64,000 nt of DNA from Balanoglossus misakiensis (taxonomy: Eukaryota; Animalia; Hemichordata): contig CM082591.2 in the NCBI GenBank assembly GCA_040954595.2, positions 9,165,612 to 9,229,611 of the forward strand. Direction: 5' to 3'. How positions within the stretch are numbered: position 1 is the stretch's first letter; the number at the start of each line of letters is the position of its first letter. Made by a program: the position numbers and the translations under genes. Positions 37,790-52,400 of the stretch are shown piece after piece. The notes under the pieces were generated by a model. The model was given only the letters and a program-made list of their open reading frames with translations, was not told the DNA's origin and ran no database searches.

Positions 37790-38470
37790 GTCACTAAAAT
37801 CGATTTGGTGGGTTTGAAATATCCCAGACTCACCTTGTTTGATAAATACGACAGCTTGTATTCACGCAAATATGAGATGGATATCTCAAAGCGTTAACAC
37901 AAGACTGCAGTAATTGGCAGAATTAATCTCGTTTTAACCAATTCTTCGAAACGTTCGTAAACGAGACAATGGAAAGCGAAAAACACGCGCTCATCTATTT
38001 TGGGCTATGCTCATTTACTTTTTGCTGACTCACATGAGGTAAATGCAATATTTCTCTCATGCTTCTGGCATATAACTTGTATTGGTGGGCAGGTAGCCAT
38101 ATATCCCTAAGAAATATTTCACTTTCGTTTGTTTTCTAACATTTTGCCGTGCATGACTCAGCAAAATGTACATGGGTTATCCCCAAATAGGTGAGCAGGT
38201 GTTGAAATCGAAAGTGAGGTCGCATTTTAACATGTATTGGTTCACTGTGTCGATTGTATCGATTTAGTGGATTTGAAATATCCCAGACCCACCTTGCATG
38301 CGAGTTAATACAGCTTGCATTCACGCAAATTTGAGCTGGATATTTCAAAGCGTTAACGCAAGACAGCAATTACTGGTAGAATTACTTTCGTTTTAACCAA
38401 TTCTTCGAATTGTCCGTAAAGAAGACAGCGGAAAGTGAAATCGAAAGTGAAGTCGCATTATAACACATTT
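37790..38470. repeat. Diverged ~460-bp direct duplication
   Basis: tttgaaatatcccagac.caccttg...tcaaagcgttaac.caagac...gttttaaccaattcttcgaa at about 37813 and 38272. Confidence 0.7.
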
Positions 38471-40484
38471 TGGTTCGCTGTGGCGATTGCGTTCATGTAA
38501 TTAACAAATTAGGAACGCAATTTTTAACATCTTAACATAATTATTAACTAACGGAAATAAATTTAGGTTTAGAATAAAACTGTGGATTGTACACGATGTG
38601 CGATTTAGATGTAAGGATTTGTCCGACCACCACCATTTGCACATGTTGTTAATCCGCAACATATTGATTTTCTTACCTTGGCTTGGGTCCACCAAATAAA
38701 TCAACTCTATTAAGATTGAAAGTTTTCTTCAGAACAGGACCTTGTCTTTTGAAGAGGACGTCCTGATAAAGCCCAGCAGAGAACTGGATCTAGATCTGGT
38801 CAGATCCGGTTTCCCGCAAAGGATTCTGTGACGTATATTTTGAAAACACAGCCAATCGCCGTTTGGATATTTAAATATTTTCTACAGTTGGGTTTATTTA
38901 TCAGTGATTGCATCATGCCATGATAAAATACATGTAACTTTGAAAATAGTTTTGCAGTTTCTTTATGTATATCCCTTATATAGATTCGTTCATTTTGTGC
39001 TATCAGGAATTTTCTATTTTTAGTATTTTGGTTTTAATTTCTTCATTTTTGGTCCACATTTATTCATATGTAAATCACTTGCCAATTTTTTTTTAATTTA
39101 GGGGAAGTTGCCGCAGGAACATTCTCTCAGATTTGTTCAAACCACGTTGAAGGTATCGATATTGTATTTGTGGGGGCAATTTTTCCAAATAGTCCATTGC
39201 TTTGCCGAATTCTTTAAAGGGACAAAGCCTCTCTCACACTGCCCTTTTCCCATTAATTCTGTTTGATACAAGACATCCCTTTGTAGGATATGAGAGTAAA
39301 AAATCTCGCCAACATGAATATTCAGTAGAGACCGATTATTCATTTTGGCGATTTCTTTTCACTTTCGCGTCTACAAGTGGGATGGAAGTTGTGTGTGGTT
39401 GAACGTTGATTCACTATATATCCACATAAACGATGTCCTGTATCAAACATAATTAATATAAAAGGGTAGCGAGAGAGAGAGAGACTTTGTGCCTTTAAAA
39501 TTTGGTTTGAGTAACATTGTCCTCAGATTACCCAAATTATGGTGAGCATATCAACATTATTGTAAGTGTTAGGGACAATTTTTGCCATTTTGGTTGAAAT
39601 CTCATGACTACTAGGAAACGTTTATTAATACCATGAAAATATACTGCTGAATTCAAGTACACTTAAATGCTCTGAATTTTCTTAAACTTTCTGGAGATAT
39701 TGTCCTAACATAGACTAGCTTGTATTTTGAGTCTCTGTTAGTTTTCTAGTCAATGAGCTGCAAATTTACATATTTAATGATCTTGTTATTAGAGAACATA
39801 TCTGTGGTTGAGTTACAATTAATAGAAGGGGGACGTTTAATATTTCGCAGTTGACATGGAGATGTGGATAGACTACCACAGATGGTGTTGACGGCGCGAG
39901 TTCAATGTAATGAAAATCAGATGTTGGGTACGGCGACGTTTTTTACTTCGCGGTACGGTATTCTTATGCTGTCGCCTCATACTTAGTGTGTAAAAGACGT
40001 CGCTGTAGTCTGCATCTGATTTTAATCAGATTGATGCAAGTCAAGAGTAGCACATCATACACACTGAACACACTGCTAAGACACAAGGCCAAAGAGTACA
40101 TTTTCCTGATAACGATTGTCCATGATGTGCACAATGACAGAGTAAGAAATTGATCCCACAAGATGATGGATACTACATCTGTAAAAATATGCGCATCAGT
40201 CATTCTGTGCTATTCGTGGCTATTAAGTAATATTTTTGGTATAAAAAGTCAATGTTTAGTAAAAATTGCCCCTAATTGCTGCTTTGTCCTACAGGTGACC
40301 TATATTCTGTATTCTTATACTCACTTTTATAATCATTCATGGTCATTTCACAGGTATATCTGTAGGAAAATCGGCATTATTGTAAGCCTAAAAATCACGT
40401 CTGGGTGGTATTTTGTGCTGGCTTTTAAGGTGTTGGACATATATTCTATACTAGTCCCGCCACGCCCAATACGATGCTGACAAT

Positions 40485-43400
40485 CTACAGCAGTTGTTGG
40501 ATAGCTATAAAAGTCATCATCATAATAAGTTGAACATGATATCTTCCATAACCAGGTTCTGCAAACAAATAAGACAATAATCATGATATGTAAGTATACG
40601 CAGGTATTGGTATGTGTATGTATGATAAAACACTTACAAATGTGTTTGTTTATGTGAGAGCAAGCGCATGAAAATTCAGTTTCTTGTAACTGGCACTCAG
40701 TGATCTGACCACGTGAGACCCACGGCGGTGTCATTTCCAGGTGACGGGCAAGCAATATTTCAGCATCCAGCAAAGGTTTCTCCTAGTAAGTATCTGCTTT
40801 AGTCTCGGTTACCCAGAGCCCTCCGCTTCTTCCGTTGGGCACTCCAGAAAGAGGGTCTGGGGAAACCCCATAGAAAACTCTCCGGGCAAAGATTGCTGAC
40901 TTGAGACTAAAGCGATGCATGATTGTCGACATTTATAACATTTGGTATTATGATATGACGATATTAGAAAACTATTTACGAAAGTTATTTACGAAACTTC
41001 TCTCTCTCTTAAATTTTTATACAGTTTTAGTAGGTCTAGCATGCACTTCTCAGCATTTGTTTATGTTTGCGGCTGCAACCATCATGCATCTAACACACAC
41101 CGACTCACATTTGGTCCATTGTTCTGACATTACAATATCATTCGACAATTCGCACGGAGGACCGTGGACAACGATTCTGCTAGCCTATTTATTAGTCTGT
41201 GGACAATTTAAAATCCGCCAATACTTCAAGTTTTACTCTGTCACTGGATTTTACCGCTCGTCAAACCGGTGTCTGGCCAGGCTGAGTTTATTGCAATCGC
41301 TTAGAAGGACTTTACCGACAACCCGCCAGAAAAGAACGTCGATTATGCACTGCTGATCGCACTTCGTGGCTGAACAGTCAACTGCTAAAAACTGACCATA
41401 GCTCAAGTTCCACGACTTTCAGAGAAGTATTGCGATTAGCCCACCTGGTCAAACAGATTACGCAGATAAACTACCAAAATTCCGACCGTTAGTTATACAG
41501 TCGTTAGGGACGACGACCACTCCCAATCACTCCCAAATAAACAGCTATACAAACACACATTAATCCGAAGCCCCGGCCTTTCCGCACTTGGGTTAAGAAC
41601 TGCCAGACACGCATCATGTATCAGGCCTCATCGGCCTCATGGCGTTTCGTCTGCTCTGTCTTTGTCTGCACCACTTTGCTGAAGTTGCCCGTCATCTGGA
41701 AATTTGCATGCCAACGTAACTGCCGCCTGAGCGCGTCTGACGTCATTTTATATCGAAGAATGCCAACGTAACTGCGCCCGAGCACGTCTGACGTCATTTG
41801 ATATCGCCTGGACCTTCGGGCGAGCGAGTGTGGGTGTAGCTCTGCGTACAGGCGTGGCTGGAAGTGATGGAAGCGAGCGCACGCTGTAAGCGATCTCGAA
41901 GGTCCGGACGAGACACCCCTGTGTATCAAAGCACATAAATCACACACGTAAAATATTGCTATAATAGTATCGCTCACCAGTTCCACCAACAGCCTCTTCA
42001 AACTCCTCGTCTGACCAATCAAAGTTCCCACACGTTTTGAATCCCTTGGGTGTTGGAGGCATATTCTTGTGGCTACCCTCCTTCAACATTAACGCCATGC
42101 CTTCTACTTGATGAATTTCAATGTGACAGTGAACAAACCACCAACCTACAGACAGTCAATATTTGTACCATTAACCAGCAGGCTATAATTATTGATGATA
42201 AGGAGACAGAGATGAAAGAGAGTAAAAAAGAGGCCAAACAAATAATATGCTCTGTTCCGATTACATTGTTTTCAAAAATAGGATAGGAAGGTGGGGATTT
42301 TGTTTGTTGCTATTTTTTTTTATTTCTCAGGCCGCCGTAGTGTAGAAGAATGACGTCATATTTCTTGCGTGATACTCGCAATTTTCATAAATTTTGTATA
42401 TTTGACATTGTTAGTTTTACTTCCGGGTATACGAAGCTCTAAAAAGTTTAGGGTCGGCGGGTTAAAATTAGGGTAGGTCGGGTAATCGGAACAGCACATA
42501 TTTTTCATTTTGGCCTAAAGAACACATTCCGAACTAATTTCGGAATTCTGGATAAATTTCTGGAATGTCCTTTTAATCTTGGATTTTCTTCAACAGACAT
42601 AAGTGTTGCCATCACCTTGATGCAAGTGTATCATAATTTGTGTTAAAGGTAAATGGCACGATGATATGTTCACATCTGTATGAGGAATACTGAAGTGTAG
42701 GTTTACATCAAATTTGACTTGCTTATGTTCATATATGGTAAACAGCGTGTCCATGACTTCATGTAACAGTTTGCCGGCAAATGTTCTCACAGTCACCCTA
42801 CGAAAATCAGTGACGTGCTAGATATAAACTTTTTTATGGAAACTGCCACTAAATGTGCATAGGTGACGATATACCCATAAAGCTGCATGTATAGTGATGC
42901 CAAACCCAGAGACTACAAAGTGAAAGTATCAGAACATGAAACTACTGTTTTCACATCTCTAGTTTGTTATCCTCCCTTGAACACTTAACTGAGAACGGGG
43001 ATGACTCCTCGTAAATGCACCATCTCGTCAAGAAGACAACAACTTAAAGGTATTTTCTCGATCCCAGGGCAGTACAATGAAGGCAAACAAGAAAGCCTTT
43101 GTGTTAGCACGTAACTGTTTATTGGAAACAAAAGATTTGACCCACTGTTGAGCAAAGCCTTTAAGCGGAAATTAGACACATGAGATTAATCCTCACCTCG
43201 GTTGTCAGCCAGAAATCGAATAATAACATATCCACCGACAGGTACAATGACGGTATCTTTAATTGGAGGATTGTCCAGATTTAAACCAGGGATATTGTCG
43301 CCACTCCAGTTTCCATTGGCCCATTTTCCAGCATTGCATCGCACACTGCCATTACAGTCAATGTCAGTAGTATCCTCAAGAAATTTTCCAGTTGTTTCGT

Positions 43401-46400
43401 CGTATTGAGGATATCCAGCCTTTAAAACATAGAAGTGGTGTCCGTGCACATGAACAGGGTGGGCAGTTCCTTGTAGACCTTCCCCTGTGAAATCAGAGAT
43501 AGAAGTGTCATATCAGGGCTCATGGAAATTAAATTGTTATCTATTTTCAATGCGACAACATACCCCTGAGCAGCGAAGAGAAGAGTTGAACTCACCCAAT
43601 CGGATATTGTAGAGAACAATTTGAACGGTATTGCCTGGTGTTATTTCTACAAAGTAGGTGCAATCACAGTGGTTTTGTTCACATTCTTCGTCATTACACG
43701 GCACCATGTATTCTGAGTAATCGTCACCTGGAAGGGTCTATCAGAAGTAATAAGATACATAGATGTTTATATACTAGCTCTTCGCGTGGTGTTTAAAGCG
43801 CATATCTTGCGTTTTTAAATCTTACCAGAAGGTTAAAAAATGTTCAAAAGAAATGTACTATTTTCCAAAAGTGACAATATTTTTCGGGTATCGATTTCTA
43901 TAATATTTGTTTTGTTCTCATAAAATGCTTCAAAATCCACCCCGTCCTGAAAAGTCCGAGTTCAGATTTGCTGCATTTTGGTCACGTGATGTGACGTCAC
44001 AAGAGGAACCCGTCAGGTAGACCAGCTTTAGCGATGCTTACAGGTGTCATACGGTGTTTTCGTGCTTTTCTCTGTAATACCACAATGGGAAAAGGAGTTG
44101 TTTGCCGTGGTTGCAGCAACACATTACCTAGACGGGAGTCACCCGTGTGAGTTCCACAAAAACGAATGAAAGTCTATGCCACGATCATCAACATCGTACG
44201 GTGGATATGAAGCCGGCGCGGCGCCGGTGACGGCCGCGGCCGTAACTGTCAATGCATGACCGTTGAACGATAATCGGCCAGGTTCGAATCACGAGAAGAC
44301 AATCCCCACCCATACAGGAAAATAGAAGCCTGTCAGCAGGAGAGGTCGACCAACAGATCGTTTATACCCGGTATTGGTGTTCATACAATGTTCCAGCGAC
44401 TGCGATTTACACAGTACTGTAGACAAGTAGTAGTAGGTGAACTGGCAGCTTTTGCATTGGCCGACATCATGTTGAGATTGTTTATTATTATTCACGCTTC
44501 CGTCTGGCTAACCGGTACCCAGTGACCGCAAACTTCGATAATTAAGGTTGACAGCAATTGATGTAAAAACTTGAACGTTCAAAATATTACCGTTACTTTT
44601 TCACGGTTTTTTTTTTCAGTCGTATCTTTGTATGGCTTCGGCTGAATGGTCGCCATCTTTCTTTTCTAATTGGATATGTCCAACTCATCGGCTCCAAAAC
44701 ACACTGTACAAATTTTGAAACAAAGTGTGTTGAATAAATTTTGCCTCGTGTGAGTGAAAACTGTTTCCAAACTTAGATATTCGTGTGTATCAATGAAAAT
44801 GTTTCATGCTTTGTGAGCGTGAGTGGGTCGGCCTGGCATGATCGCCTGTTGCTGTTGGCTGTATGGTTTCATTTTGTTATAATGCAGTATGAAGCATGTC
44901 AAGGAACTTCCATGATTACAACGACAAGTCTTACATGTTTCTGTTTGTCATCACCAAAAAGGCATAGCTTACATGTAATTCAGAAGACAGAATTTTAGTG
45001 CTGGTAGTAAATATACATCGCGGCGCGATATGTGTCATCGCTGCCGATCGGCGCTGATGGAGTTCCCTTGGCCTTGTACAATAACACACGCGTATTTTGT
45101 CATCGAAAATCGCCAAAAGACCACGATCAGTTATCAATAAGTTGACATAGTCCAAGATAAGTAGATTTAGACCCAACACTCTAGACCTTAACCCCTGGGC
45201 AATATTCCACGGTTTAATCGAGGCAGCAATCATTGTATGTGTAAGGTGCCTATACACATCCACTGCCATTGCATGTTGTGTACTGCTTGCAATGCGTAGC
45301 CGTAGCCTAACCAGGCCAAGTCGGGTTTTTTTCATAATCGCATCTCCCCTAGATGATAAGGTATACATATGTACGTTTATGTACCCAGGCTGGCACAGCA
45401 AAGCCATTTAGATCACAGGCATGTATGGTTGCAATTCAACCACTGCAATGTACAGTGCTAAGTCTGTTGCAAACGTAAATTGGTTCCTCTTGTGACGTCA
45501 CGGAAATGGGCGTGGCCTAAACATAACTTTTTTCTCAGGCCCTGAACATTTTTAAATTTAACATTTATTTATCCATATGAAATAAGTAAAAGGACACCAG
45601 CATTTAACACACAAGCCCAATTATTATTTATCCTCAAAAGTGTGTTTCGAGGTAAGATAGGCTCTTTAAAGGGAAATTCGGTCCAGTTGATTTCTACATA
45701 ATTTGGTAGCTTTGAGGTCACTCTTTCAGAAAAAAAACACATATTCGCCATATGTGAGTCGTGCGATATTTTTTTTACAAAATCGAGGGAAAGTTGGCAG
45801 AATTTCCAATATGGCCGTTTACTGTAATTTGAATCATGGGGAAAAAAGAGCCAGGACCAACTTCCGTCCACGTTGGTGTGGGTGATACCATTTTCCGATT
45901 GGTGTCACTGTATTTGTATAGCTATTACATGTATTTGTACTTTGCATCAGTTGAGTAACAATCAGGAGCAAAGTCGAAAATTTGTCATCTGATGACAGTT
46001 TTTATGAGCTTTAACCCATGAAAAATATGCCACGCTTAGCCTGTCACGCATACATTGCGAATTTGTTTTTATCTGAAAGAGTGACCTCAAAGCTACCAAA
46101 TTATATAGAAATCAGCTGGACCGGATTTCCCCTTTAAATCACGCATGCCCATGGATTCCCACATGACACACTTTCAGCTAATCAGGGAAGGCCACCTTTT
46201 CAGCGTACCTTTTCAGCCGGCACTGCTGGTTCACGCTGCTTTCACTTTGTCATAGCAGTTTGCTTTTCACCCACCCGCCCATCCCTCTGCCTTGTAGTTG
46301 CTTGACTTTTACAGTGTCACCTTTCATGATATGTCATATCCTTTTTTGCTTGTCTTTTGCATTTTGTATACATTTAGTATGGGGCAGTAGATGTAGATTT

Positions 46401-49400
46401 ATAGTTAGTGATGAGTTTCTGTAGGTTAGAACCCAAGTCTGATCGAGTGTTGTGTGGTTTAATTGCTGTATTTGTGTGCACAAATGTGCCATCGCTGTGA
46501 TTCATGTATAAAGTGTGAACAATTATGACATGACGATTGAATGTGGCGGATTCCTTGTTTGTTTGAAACACTTCTTTGTTCATTTCTTTAGTCTTCATCA
46601 TTTGTGGATTCGACGCTGTCTTGCTTTCTTGTTTCATGCGCGTTGTTTCTCTACGTCTTATGACGTCACATGGGAGACAGGGGTATCATGGCGAAGTTGG
46701 CTCTGGTACGAAAAGCACTTAACGTGCCCCATGGAAGCGATTTCTGGTAATCGCATTCGACCACTTGTGACGTCACGGCACACGAGGTCGATGACCTATG
46801 GTGCTGTCAAAGTTGCAGTTTCACGAAATTGCAAATACTCCGCGGTGTTGCTGTGAACGCAAACATTTTGGTCATCCCCACTTGAATCAAATTATACAGA
46901 AAGTTCACAGTAAACAAGAAAACCGTTCCACGGATGACGATGTTTTGTGTCACTTCTATCACTAATCCCACGTCAAAACCATTCTTCTGATGAAAGCATC
47001 TTATTTAAAGGTTTGTGGTATTGATGTGGTTAAAGTCAGTCATAAAAAGGTTAAAGGGACATTAGCTGAAAATATAGCGAAAAGCCAGAGCTAATTGAGC
47101 GTCGGGTTTATCCTTCTAAGTCGGTCATAACATTCTGTATACCTCACCCGAATACTGACGTCTTTCATTTTGCTATTATGTACTTACTGCAGGTGGTGCT
47201 GATGGTGGGATAAATCGTCGGCCATTAACAGAAGATCTCAGAGCAGGATTCCCAGAGAAATGAAAATTAATGAAATGTTCTTCGAAGCCGGCACCACCAG
47301 AACTCTTGGGGACTTTAGCATGGCCTGGAGCCTTGAACTCAGATATTGGTATGCAGGTGCTGTATTGATCAGCTGGATGGTACCTGTCATGATGATTTTA
47401 CATTAAGTAGTAAAGGTAAGAAACACTTGAAGTGGACTTCAACACCACCACTGTTTCCCTACGATCGCCTAATGCACATGTGCGTAATTTTGAGAGTGCA
47501 CATATTGCGTCCTATCCAAATGTTCTGCAAATTTTGCATTCGACGCATTCAAATAATGGACTACTTTCGCTTCCTTCCATATTTCATGTACACTGTATAC
47601 ATAGACTTTAGTTTTCTCCCTTCTTTTCACCTTATTTCTTGTCTGTTGTTAGGGCTGCACAATGCCTTATGGCATTGACTGTATATTTTTGTAACCACAG
47701 TCTCTGGTTTGGTACATGCGCATAAGGCGAGTGTCACCATTTAAAGCGATTTCATGAGCAACATGTTACTTTACGTTATAATGGTATTACCGATATAAAT
47801 GTACGTTTCAGAACAGATTCTAGTTTTAAAAAAATCCCAGTCACCCGTCAGGGCTTTGGTTATGGATGTATCCGTGTGTAAGTGGTGGATAGTAGTACAG
47901 GCAGTGCCACTTAAATCAAAGGTTTGGTTTGGAAATATGGTTTAGTGGTAAGCGTTAAAACAGGTACAGAATAATTTGAATGTCTAATGATTACGAACCC
48001 AAAGGGACAATTGGCAACATGACATGGTTCCGTAGCTGTGCAGACATCGAGTTGAGTGGTAGGAAATGCAACTGGCGCGCTTTCATAATGCAGTATAGCT
48101 TCAACATGACCAAAGTTCACTCTTTCCTACAAGATAAACGAGAAAAATAGACAAGCTTAATGGGACAAATTCTCTCTCTCCCGTTTATGTTATTCTACAT
48201 GTGGATATATAGTGAATCAAAGTTCGACCACACACAACTTCCATCCCCTTCGTATGATATGAGAGTAAAATTTCGCCCAAACTCTCGTGTCTACAAGTGG
48301 GGTGGAAGTTGTGTGTGGTCGAACGTTGATTCATTATATATCCACATGTAGAATAATATAAACGGTGTCTTGTATCAAACATAATGAATAGAAAAAAAAG
48401 GCAGAGAGAAAGACTTTGTCCCTTTACTTGACTTGACTCTTAAACATGATTAAATAGCACCAGTAAGACGGCTGTGCATCACGTGTAAAATTACTCATGA
48501 CTCTAAATCCACAAAGCTGGATTTTGATCTGTGCGTCTACGTCTGTTGTGTACTTGTTATGACAGGTTATGGTGATCTCGACTCATGTATTGCTCTGAGT
48601 GATTGGCATGCATGAAATGAGGACACATGAACAGGGTAGGTTTTGGATATATGCACGAGCCTTCAACTGATTCTGCTGACGTTATTCAGCGCTGTCAACA
48701 AAATCCTCCCACTTATTTCGCAAACAAATCAATTATTCATTCATTCAATTAATCGATCGCTCGATCGATCGATCAAACGACCTCTCGATCGGTCAGTTAG
48801 CCAGTCAGTCAGCCAGCCAGTCGATCGACTGTCAACAAACTTAATCGATCGATAACCTGATCGTTCGAGTAATGGATCGATGAATAGGAAAGTTGGTAAA
48901 ATACAAATTACTTACATTCTTTATGTTATCCACCTCAAGAGTGTCTGCTCGTATCCAGTAATTTGACTGTGGTTTATTGCTCTCAATATAGAAGTCAAAT
49001 CTCTCTCCGGTATGAATTATAATAGATTCCACTAATTGAGGCGTCACGTAATTTCCATCGGTTGCAAATACATGAAGATCGTGACCGTCAATTGAAACAC
49101 GGAAGGCGTAGATCATCGCAGCGTTAATCAGCCGAAACCGATAAAATTTCCTAAACTTAACAGTGACAGATTCCAAGGGAATGACTGTGTTTTCAGCAAT
49201 TCCATTGAGATCGTAGTGCCAGCCTGTGGGGAAAATGGGATTGAATGAATCGCCCAAGGTTTAGCAAACAACTTCATCACATGAAAGTAAATTTTAATAG
49301 TCCTGCTGGTTTAATTTATTTTTTCGAATCTCTTTTGGGCAAATTTTGCCATGTTAGGTCAAAACCTCTGTTTGAGAGAAACTGTTAAATTTCTCTAATC

Positions 49401-52400
49401 TATTCTTTGCTATGATGTACTAAGGAAACATAAACATCGCTATGGGTATTTTAAATTATTCTTGCAAATGAATGTCTAATTTCTCGATACCTTGCACCAC
49501 TACTCAGCGGTGATTTAAGATGATTCTGTTGAAATTGGCATTTTTTTCTCTCATTTCTTTCTTGGACCTGGTAATTAGCTTACATTGAATGGTATTGATT
49601 ATTGGACCTGATTTCATGTCTTATTCAAAATGTGAAATTGCAAGCATTAAATCACGGTTTACCTTTTCCATTGATTAACCCTGACACAAACGGAGTCACT
49701 CCGATTTCTGTGCCATCTAATTGTCGCGTTTGGTAGAAACATTGTGCTGTGTTACTGTAGCCGGGAGTGAATCTACCAATAAAATAGTAGTTGTCGACTA
49801 TTATAATATTATGACATGAGGTAGAACGTCACATGATATGATTAATAGTTCCTGAAGGAAAACAATGAGACTTTAATTGAAACTGCATCAGCTCACCTAG
49901 TCTAGAATCCAGACTACAGTATTTTTCGCTATGCTCCACATATAGTCTAGCCTTGTTGTCTAATTCTTAAATTTTTGCTATTTGCATGTCAAAGGACTTT
50001 AACCATGGCGACTCAGATCATGATCATGGCCTCTAACAAGTAAATTATAACCTGATCTACTATTGATTGGCTGAATTAATTAGCAGGGGTGTTTTTCAAT
50101 ATCAGTGACCTGAGTTGCAATGGTTACAGTCCTTTGACATGCAAATACCAAAAATTCAAAAAATTAGACGACAAGACCAGACTGTGTGGAGAAAAACACA
50201 CAAGTCTGGATTCTAGACTACACCTCAGCATCAGTGCGCTCTCTAAGCCCATATGCTGCACCACTGACACAACAAACTCACTGATTATCCACACTACAGT
50301 CAAGCCTGTGTTAGTGGCCATCTCTATACTGAGCTCACTACTTACCATGTGATCAAGATCATGACATCTTATGGGTCAATTACAACTTGATCTTCTACTG
50401 ATTGGCTGCATTAATGATCAGAGGTATCAGCCAGAACGCAACGCCTTCATTAACATATGCAAATGAGGAATCTGATTTGAAAAACGAGGTCGTTACACTG
50501 AGCCCCGAAAAGGGTGTCTGAATTGGGTCATTTTTTCCCGAACTTTGGTCATGAACCGCTATCAACAGCGTGTGTTCTGAGTAGTTTTGTTGGTTTTATT
50601 TAAAGGTACATATATCGAACTATATCTTCGGGAATTTTTTTGATGATTAATGCTATAGTTTTAGAGAAATGACGTAAAGTGCAGAGTAATGAAAATTCAC
50701 GTTTTCGAAACATGCGTCGCTAAATTCTTGAACGGACTGTTGCACCAAGTTCTTTTAGAAATCCGATGTAATATTTATAAAGTATAGACATTGGCTTTCC
50801 ATAATTGGCCCTTCTTCCCGTGAAGTTTGTATACTTTCCGGGGCATATTAACGAAGTTATGACGATTTAAATTTGTTTACTTTTTGCCGTGACGAGGCCA
50901 TTTTCAGTGGGAAATGGCGGTAGTTTACAGCGTAGGTGGCCATTGTCGAGCGTTCATTGCATGCATGTGTATATTGTTTACGTCCCACTTGAAGTGTTGA
51001 TAAATGCACATATTCGAAATGAATTCATTTTATATCGGCTATTTAAACTAGCATGGTACCTACTATTCTTGAAAATTAACTATGATCATTGAGATCTGCC
51101 TAAACTACGTAATTTTGGACCGTTTTAATAAGTTCGATGTACATATACAATACGGTACACACAAGGCTGGTTCAGCAGGCTTGTGTGTCCGCTTACGGCG
51201 ATGCCTCCACATGTACATTATGGCCTTACAGATTTCGTCGACTGTGGTGTTTCACAAAAAAAAACGTCATTGAGCGATAAAACAAACGTTTGTAAAAATC
51301 AATCCGATTCTTTCAACTCCAAACAAAATCGCGTCAAACAGAGACCGCAAACAGCAACTGGGATACTTGCGTTGCGTATTTACTAAGTGCAGTGTTTACA
51401 TCAACGGCCGGGAAACCTCGGGTCACGTGTAGGTCACCTGACGACTTCCGGGTAAAACTCCCCGTTTTTTAGCGAAAATTCTTGAACTGACCGTTGCACT
51501 TGTATCTTTACGAGCTTTTTTACACGGTCATTTTAAGTGTAGAAAAACCCACGTAACCCTGAAATCTGTAAACTTTCCGGTGCATATTATGGAAACTGGA
51601 AGCGAAAAACTGGACCATATTTTCGACCGCTGAAGTAACCTTCGGAAAATCGCCGTAATATCAATATTTCAGCAAATAATTCCGAAATCCATTTGAATGG
51701 CACGAAATAAGACATGTCAGGGGAGGTTTTCGCGTTTACATGATTTAAAATAAAGCACTCTAGCGAAAGTTACGGCAAGTTGAAAATGCCTAAAAAAACG
51801 GTCTGTGAGCGGCCATTCAAAATGTAACGTCCTGATCTGGATAGGCGATAATATGCTAATGAAGGTGTTGCGTTCTGGCTGTATCGCTCAATATCAGTGA
51901 CCTGTGTTGCGGTGACTCACCGCTGCATTTCCCAGAGGATTCGATTATTTATGTCTATAGAGGGCTCTCTCATCCAGTCATGTAGTTGAAAAATAAACTC
52001 CCCTTCGAAATCCGGAACGGGTTGAGTCGCTCTCTGTGACATAAGTGTACATAAATATACAAATGATGAGACAATAGAAATTTCGAGAGAACTTTATAGC
52101 ACTCCTTATACCCAAATTACAGTTGTTTGCAAAGCTATTGGTATGCGGAAAGTTTGCAGACGTTTACGTCTCGTAAAAATGTTCATTTCATAATTAAGTG
52201 CAGGCTTAAAGGGAGAAATTCTCTCTCCCGCTGTCCTTTTCCTATTAATTATGTTTGATACAAGACACTGTTTATGTTATTCTACATGTGGATATATAGT
52301 GAATCAACGTTCGATCACACACAACCTACATCCCGTATGTAGGATTTAAGAGTAAAAATCTCGCCAAAATGAATAAACGGTAAACTCCGATTATTCATTT

